Origin: Octopus sinensis
Lineage: Eukaryota
Assembly (NCBI RefSeq): GCF_006345805.1
Contig: NW_021825190.1
Span: 1 to 16,352 of the forward strand
Direction: 5' to 3'
DNA: 16,352 nucleotides
Shown here: piece after piece, positions 9,466 to 16,352 of the stretch
Layout of the letters: each line of letters opens with the position of its first letter
Position numbering within the stretch: the stretch's first letter is position 1
Made by a program: the position numbers and the translations under genes
Notes under the pieces: model-generated
Seen by the model: only the letters and a program-made list of their open reading frames with translations
The model's database searches: none
Told to the model about the DNA's origin: nothing

Positions 9466-9712
9466 AGTATTTATTTATTGACAGCAAGCCACAACTTACA
9501 TAAGTCAGAATTGGGCCCCTAGACCTGTTAGGCTCTCAGTAAATTAATGCACTAGGCGCTATAGTATTTATTTCTGACAGCAAAGTACCACATACATAGG
9601 TACGAATTGGGTCCCTTGATCCGTGTGGCCCTCAGGCAAATCAATACATTAAGCCCTAGCATGCTACAACACACATAAATCAGAATTGAGCTCTTAGGCA
9701 TCCGTGCCATTG
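9466..9712. repeat. Degenerate tandem repeat of about 97 bp (2.5 copies)
   Basis: agtatttattt at 9466 and 9563; gaattg anchors at 9508, 9604, 9683 with similar flanks. Confidence 0.75.
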
Positions 9713-10038
9713 CCAGTTTGTCCATACCTGAGTATAAATAACAACTGTCGCATTCTAACTTGTTCGCCTCTGTTGAGAGCATTAAAAACTACAGAAATGC
9801 AAAAACGAATTGGTGATGGAAAAATTGTAAAATGATCAGGGTACAATACTGCGATACAGTAATGTATCTTGGATTACGCTTACAGCACTGATTCAGTACA
9901 CTTATAACACTGATATAGTAGTTTCCACATAGTTGTATGACCACCATTCCCAACGTGTTTTAAGTCTGCTCAATGAAGGGCTGACCTCGGGTTCTAACAA
10001 TTTGTTCATTCAGAACAACTCAATTTTCATAATTTGGC

Positions 10039-10450
10039 TTACTCTTTTTTTTATTTGTTTCAGTCATCTGACTGTGGCCATGCTGGAGCACCGCCTTTAG
10101 TCGAGCAAATCGACCCCCAGGACTTATTCTTTGGAAGCCTCGTACTTATTCTATCGGTCTCTTTTGCCGAACCGCTAAGTTACAGGGACGTAAACACCCT
10201 AGCATCGGTTGTCAAGCGATGTTGGGGGGGGGGACAAACAGACACAAACATATATACACACGTACATATATAGATATATGCATATATACGACGGGCTTCT
10301 TTCAGTTTCCGTCTACCAAATCCACTCACAAGGCTTTGGTCGGCCCGAGGCTATAGTAGAAGACACTTGCCCAGGTGCCACGCAGTCGGACTGAACCCGA
10401 AACCATGTGGTTCGTAAGCACGCTACTTACCACAGTGCCACTCCTACGCC
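10039..10450 (-). mobile_element. tRNA-derived SINE family B (CORE-like segment, internal (TG/TA)n, (AAAGAGT)-type tail)
   Basis: Reverse complement aligns end to end with 11122-11548. Confidence 0.92.
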
Positions 10451-11121
10451 TATAAATAATTGTAGTTCGGTCATACTAGGGCAGTAGCGCGATTTGTACA
10501 AAAAAAAATAAATATTGTAAATGAATTATTTCTTCCCCCAGTACAAAGTCTTCTTGGGCTTAGATCTCACGACTGCTGGTTTAAAATAATTTAAATTGCT
10601 TTAGCCACTGCACTACTGAAGACACAACGTAACAGTATATGAAGAATGAAACATTAAGCAGTATTGACATAAGAGTCCAGCGCCTCAAAGCAAGCCAGAA
10701 ACACGATAAAATGTTCAGACCTAGGGAAAAGTCGTTTTTATTTTGCTTATATCACCATTGCCTTTAGCAGTTTCTATTTTCGCTTCTCGTACCATGCGAG
10801 GTATTTCAGCTAAGTGAAAACACATGCAATAAATAAACACATGTACATGTGGTTAAGCGCTGGAGAGTAAGAGACAAGATTAAGTGGTAGAAATAAAGGT
10901 TACATGATTTTGAATGTATTTTTTTTCATTTGATTCAGAAGACTGCTTATACCTGTTATATCAGTGATGAGGAATATTTGGCACACTACGATAGCAGTAA
11001 TTCCCTGTGAGATTTTTGGTGATAGCGGTCGGGGTTAAAAAAGAAAATCTCCCTCTATCATATTATAAAAAAGAAAAAAAAAACCGTACATAGAAACATT
11101 TACTGAAAACTAAAATGCATG

Positions 11122-11548
11122 TACGCAGGGGTGGCTGTGTGGTAAGTAGCTTGCTAACCAACCACATGGTTCCGGGTTCAGTCCCACTGCGTGGCATCTT
11201 GGGCAAGTGTCTTCTGCTATAGCCCCGGGCCGACCAATGCCTTGTGAGTGGATTTGGTAGACGGAAACTGAAAGAAGCCTGTCGTATATATGTATATATA
11301 TATATAGTGTGTGTGTGTGTGTGTGTGTGTTTGTGTGTCTGTGTTTGTCCCCCTAGCATTGCTTGACAACCGATGCTGGTGTGTTTCATTCCCCGTCACT
11401 TGGCGGTTCGGCAAAAGAGACCGATAGAATAAGTACTGGGCTTACAAAGAATAAGTCCCGGGGTCGATTTACTCGACTAAAGGCGGTGCTCCAGCATGGC
11501 CGCAGTCAAATGACTGAAACAAGTAAAAGAGTAAAGAGTAAAAGAGTA
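11122..11548 (+). mobile_element. tRNA-derived SINE family B
   Basis: A-box-like gtggctgtgtggt, B-box-like gggttcagtccc, CORE-like cttgggcaagtgtctt, internal (TA)(TG)n, tail gaaacaagtaaaagagtaaagagtaaaagagta. Confidence 0.92.
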
Positions 11549-11581
11549 TATAGGTAACACTCCAATAGTAGATTTATTAAA

Positions 11582-11752
11582 GACGGCGAGCTGACAGAAA
11601 AGTTAGCACGCCGGGCGAAAGGCGTAGCTGTATTTCGTCTGCCGTTATTATCTGAGTTCAAATTCCGCCGAGGTCGACTTTGCCTTTCATCCTTTTGGGG
11701 TCGATAAATTAAGTACCAGTTACGCACTGGGGTCGATGTAATCGACTTAATC
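11582..11752 (+). mobile_element. SINE family A, 3'-truncated
   Basis: Head and central domain present; stops at atcgacttaatc and abuts an inverted head remnant (about 11753-11794). Confidence 0.9.
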
Positions 11753-11961
11753 TGCTAAGCGTATGCATGGTAGCGATTCTGCCAGTTCACCACCTTATTT
11801 ATACGCATTTCTTAATGTTTGTTATTATACTAGTTTGAATATAAAACAATTTATATTAAACTGAAAGAGTATTCCATACGTTTTAGTTGGGTAAATGTTT
11901 GTTCAACTTTTACAAGCAGGTTGACAGTGACTCCGAAATTTTGGCTTAGTCTCTTTTGTCA

Positions 11962-12178
11962 AATACTCCTTCCTACTATAGGTACAAGGCCAGAAATTTT
12001 AGGGGAGGGGGCAGTCGATTAGATGGATCCTAGTACACAACTGGTACTTAATTTATCGACCTCAAAAGGATAAAAGTAAAAGCCGACCTCGGGGGAATTT
12101 GAACTCAGAACCAAAAGACAGACGAAATACTGCGAAGCATTTCGCTCGGTATGCTAACGAGTCTGCCAGCTCGCCGCC
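11962..12178 (-). mobile_element. SINE family A variant with an alternative 3' tail
   Basis: Same head and central domain, but the - strand tail reads cccctcccctaaaatttctggccttgtacctatagtaggaaggagtatt; more diverged. Confidence 0.88.
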
Positions 12179-12750
12179 TCGATGTCGTGAAATAATGAAA
12201 ATGCATATGATAAACAAATTCTGCTCTTCAGTAAACCATGCGTACTTTTTGACCCGGTTTAAGTTCGATTTTGGATCAATAAACGATTTCTTGATTCAGC
12301 ACTCAGCATATTTATTGGTTTAGATTCAATTGTTTAATTTTGCTTGCTAACATAGAATATAAATAGGGGTACGTTTCGATTTGTACCCACCGCCCATTTT
12401 GTTACATCACTGCTAGAAATATCTGATTCAATATTAACTGAAAACCTTGATGAAAAGGAAACAAAAGGATTCTTTTTTTTTCTCTTTATATATGGTCAAT
12501 ATTTGAAAGCGTTTTGTTATCAGCCTGTTAAAGCTTAGCAATATCTGAAAGGAATTATGTACCCGACTACCTGAGTTGTTGAGTGTGAGTGTTTGTGTTT
12601 ATGAATAAATATCCATTGCATTTTGTTCTTAGTGTAACTGGCTGACTTCGGTTATCGACTTGCTGACCCAGCATACGTCAGGCTGTGTAGAGACGAGATG
12701 CGTTCTTAATTAATATGCAAAAAAAAAAAAATGCCGGAGATAAATAAATA

Positions 12751-12912
12751 GGCGCAGTCATGGCCGTATGGCGAAGAAGATGGCTTTGCGAACACGTGAT
12801 TTCAGGTTCAGTCTCCCTTTAAGGTAACTTGCGCAATTGTCTTCTTCTTAGCCCCAACTTACCAATGCCTTCTGGATGAAGTTGGTTGAAATAAACAGTG
12901 CGGAAGACCGTC
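12751..12912 (+). mobile_element. Old, diverged SINE family B 5' half
   Basis: ggcgcagtcatggccgtatgg...caggttcagtc...cttgcgcaattgtcttct...ccaatgcctt aligns with about 11122-11284; followed by (CA)n. Confidence 0.75.
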
Positions 12913-12917
12913 ACACA

Positions 12918-12960
<43 letters not shown>
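12913..12960. repeat. (CA)n microsatellite
   Basis: Directly visible. Confidence 0.95.
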
Positions 12961-13196
12961 ATTTTAAGATAGTGTACATTTAAACACAAAAGAAAACTAA
13001 CGTTTAACAGGTAATTTTTACATGCTAGAAATAGTATCCAACACGGCCAAAACCACGATTATATAGCAATTTTATATTTTAAATGTACACTATTTAAAAA
13101 TAGGAATATGTTGTCTATTGACTATTTATACATGCTAGGCCACTGGTGGTGATATTTATAACGAATATTCGCTACCCTATATATGTATCTTATATA

Positions 13197-13238
<42 letters not shown>

Positions 13239-13366
13239 TATATATTATCATTTAATTGTTTCAATCATGTACTTAATATATTTAAAATATTTGCTGTCTC
13301 TAATTTGCTTACCCCAATAATTCCTTTTATACCCGCTCATCCTGATCCCCCGGATCCCTCTTATAG

Positions 13367-13468
13367 CCTTTCTTAACCTTGTAAAGACATCGGAGCCTAA
13401 GATTGAATCGTTTGAGCACAACAAATGTTTTCTATACAGAGAATATCTCGACCTCATCAATGAACTAT
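13367..13468 (+). CDS. Candidate internal coding exon (102 nt, phase 1-1) of an unidentified host gene
   Basis: Pyrimidine-rich acceptor ...gatccctcttatag (AG 13365-13366) with a cctgat branch-point-like motif; consensus donor |gtaagt (13469); stop-free frame xFLNLVKTSEPKIESFEHNKCFLYREYLDLINEL; unique sequence between microsatellites. Confidence 0.6.
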
Positions 13469-13588
13469 GTAAGTTTGTCTGTCTGTCTGTATGCATGTAT
13501 ATATATATATATATATATATATCTTTATATGTATATTTATATTAAAACTCTGAGCTAAATATAAACAGTAGGGGTATGGAAACGTAGC

Positions 13589-14216
13589 ATATGTTTGCCA
13601 ACTTAAGTGTCGCGTCCAATACAGGACAGTGCTGCTGTTGTTTAAAGCCCCAGGAAGACATCTCCTCCAGTTGGCTAACGACTCACAAGCTGTGTCCGAT
13701 TAGTATTTGCTAGAGGAGGTCATTGCTCCCATCTCTAGCCTTACGTAATACACACAGACTCGAATTTCTGGGTGGTTACCCGTTCTCTTACTATACACTT
13801 TTCGTATTTCTTTATTGCCCACAAGGGGCTAAACACAGATGTGACAAACAAGGACAGACAAACGGATTAAGTCGATTACATCGACCCCAGTGCGTTGCAG
13901 GTACTTAATTTATCGACCCCGAAAGGATGAAGGCAAAGTTGACTTCGGCGGAATTTGAACTCAGAAAGTAACGGCAGACGAAATACTGCTAAGCATTTCG
14001 CCCGGCCTGCTAACGTTTCTGCCAGCTTGCCGCTTTATATTATATTATATAATTACTATACACTTTTCTAGCGATGGGTGCGATGATCTCTCCTCGCAAA
14101 TACTAATCGGACAGAGACTGTGTGTCGTTAGCCACTGGAGGAGATGTCTTCCTGTGGCTATAAACGACAGTAGCACTGTCCTGTATAGGATCGCCACAGT
14201 TAGTTGGCAAATATAT
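13589..14216. mobile_element. MITE/foldback-like element with imperfect inverted arms of about 150 bp
   Basis: Left arm 13589-13738 (tttgccaact...tacaggacagtgct...caggaagacatctcctccag...tgtccgattagtatttgc) is the reverse complement of right arm 14068-14216; non-coding; spacer about 65 bp once the SINE is removed. Confidence 0.88.
13805..14034 (-). mobile_element. SINE family A monomer inserted in the MITE spacer
   Basis: Complete unit; perfect 16-bp TSD ttactatacacttttc at 13788-13803 and 14053-14068. Confidence 0.95.
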
Positions 14217-14289
14217 ATACGTGTATGTGTGTGCGTCTATATATGCAGCAGAAAATATATGTATGTATACATATGTCAATACAAATACG

Positions 14290-14420
14290 TATGTGTATGC
14301 GTGTGTTTATCCGCTTCAACCGCTTGACACCGAGTGTTAGTTTGTTTATGTCTCTTAATTTGCGGTTCAGCAAAGGAGTCAGATAAAATAGCTACCAGAC
14401 TTAAAACAATAAGTACTGAA
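14290..14420 (+). mobile_element. Diverged SINE family B 3'-half fragment
   Basis: gtgtttatcc...cgcttgacaccgagtgttagtttgttt...gcggttcagcaaaggagtcagataaaatag aligns with about 11340-11460. Confidence 0.7.
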
Positions 14421-15625
14421 TTAAAAAAAGTTAGAAAAATACAGCACAAAATATTTCTTCCGACGCTCCAATAATTTTGTCAAGAAAACCGTTTCATGGT
14501 CTCACTCCTTTCAGATCACACACCATTGTTTCAAAAGTCTCGGTAGCATTGAATAAATTAGTCCTAGATACGTAATATCTGAATAAAAGAGAGGGTGACC
14601 TTCAGAGAACTATCTTTCGTAACAAGACTGTTTACTCAGGCTTCGTCTAGGATTAAACACCACCAACAACAAAAGCAGTAGCAGCAGTAATAATTTCTTA
14701 CAAACAAGCAAGTTGACAGGCCGTTCGATCTGCATCGTGAATTCCATTGATATGAACGTAAGTTGAGCTGAGGTCAACATCACAAAATTCATTCTTTTTC
14801 TAGACTATTGTTTCAGTGTTTAAGATAATGTTACTATATATTCATGTAGGGCATTCTTAATAGGATAACTAGAAGTTATTTATGTTTTTAAACTATGGCA
14901 ATGGTACATATCTTGACTGTTTTCACTGTCTCTGCTCTCACCAGCAAAAATTTAATCCGGTATTTCTTCTGTGAACACTATCTAGGGTCACCCTGCGTCT
15001 CCTAGTCACACTTTGAAGTAGTCTTCTACGGTAGCTGTCTCTTATGTCTTCTGAAGTGTATAGGAAGAATCCTGTGCCTAGAAGTCGTTCAAAATTGTAT
15101 TCCACCTTCACATCATGCAAAATTCCTTCTCCAAGTTTTGGCTTGAAGGATACTCTTTGGTACTTTCTGTGAAGCTTTCTATGGCAGATTTATATCGTAG
15201 TTCTCATAGAGCTTTTCTAAGCCACTTTTCTCTTAGTATGAAATTCGTCCAAATATTTCTTACAGACTTCATTTTTATTTCGATCTATTAGCTGGGTAGT
15301 GGAAATAGTACACGGTTTAATAAATTAATCAATGAACATTACAGAGCATCACATAAACTGATACGAAAAATAGCAGTAAAAGTCAAGACCAAGTCTTAGT
15401 TTTTTAACTGAGATTATATCTAGTTTATCGGATATCAGGTATATCGAAGTGCGCTTTCGAATAAATATATATTGCTCGAAATGGGGAGTACATAGACAGC
15501 GGACAACTGATGAACGGTCATTCTTTGTATTACTTGTCCCTTTTTTATCTTGTTATTTGCGTTTTTAACTCATCTGTTTTCGTGTTTCTTGTTGTTTACT
15601 GTTGGTGACGTCCTGTACACGTATA

Positions 15626-16352
<727 letters not shown>

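Noticed and set aside
12630-12710. CpG-rich segment encoding LADFGY (kinase DFG-like)
   Set aside because: The frame is bounded by stop codons, with no compatible splice sites and no other kinase motifs.
14803-14830. Acceptor-like ttctttttctag giving a possible terminal exon (YYCFQCLR*) in phase with 13367-13468
   Set aside because: Too short and easily produced by chance in AT-rich DNA; needs transcript evidence.
14938-15260. Purine-rich - strand segment (ORF 14938..15120) as an exon or RTE-LINE relic
   Set aside because: Only faint similarity to LINE RT C-terminal patterns (AIESF, KSILQ, RQL) across several frameshifts; not supportable without a profile search.
15408-15515. Hammerhead-like ctgag-tatatct...aggtata-tcgaa and a CTGATGA at 15507
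   Set aside because: The first core lacks conserved positions (no CUGANGA, no GAAA); the second has no stem II or GAAA. At most a decayed Penelope-like terminus.

Overview
AT-rich, repeat-dominated eukaryotic (animal) genomic DNA, not prokaryotic. The SINE families, (TACA)n/(TA)n/(AAT)n microsatellites and DNA-transposon relics resemble a coleoid cephalopod (Octopus-like) genome; this is recalled family resemblance, not a database search. Nearly all ORF-track entries are translations of microsatellites or SINEs. Supported content: (1) a full-length but decayed Tc1-type transposon with TIRs, TA TSD and a DD36E-spaced triad (477-1698); (2) a fragmented pogo/Tigger transposase relic on the - strand (about 2540-5240), missed by the ORF track and split by younger insertions; (3) many tRNA-derived SINEs of at least three families, including a dimer and a tetramer that share the same junction, each enclosed by a single TSD; (4) two R4/Dong-type (RLE) LINE 3' fragments next to trinucleotide repeats; (5) a MITE/foldback element with a SINE inside; (6) the 5' part of a mariner element running off the window; (7) two candidate phase-compatible host exons (9062-9133, 13367-13468) of an unidentified gene. 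I see no clear new multi-gene system. The best leads are the stereotyped SINE concatemers, the candidate exons, the DD36E element and a variant hammerhead-like motif.
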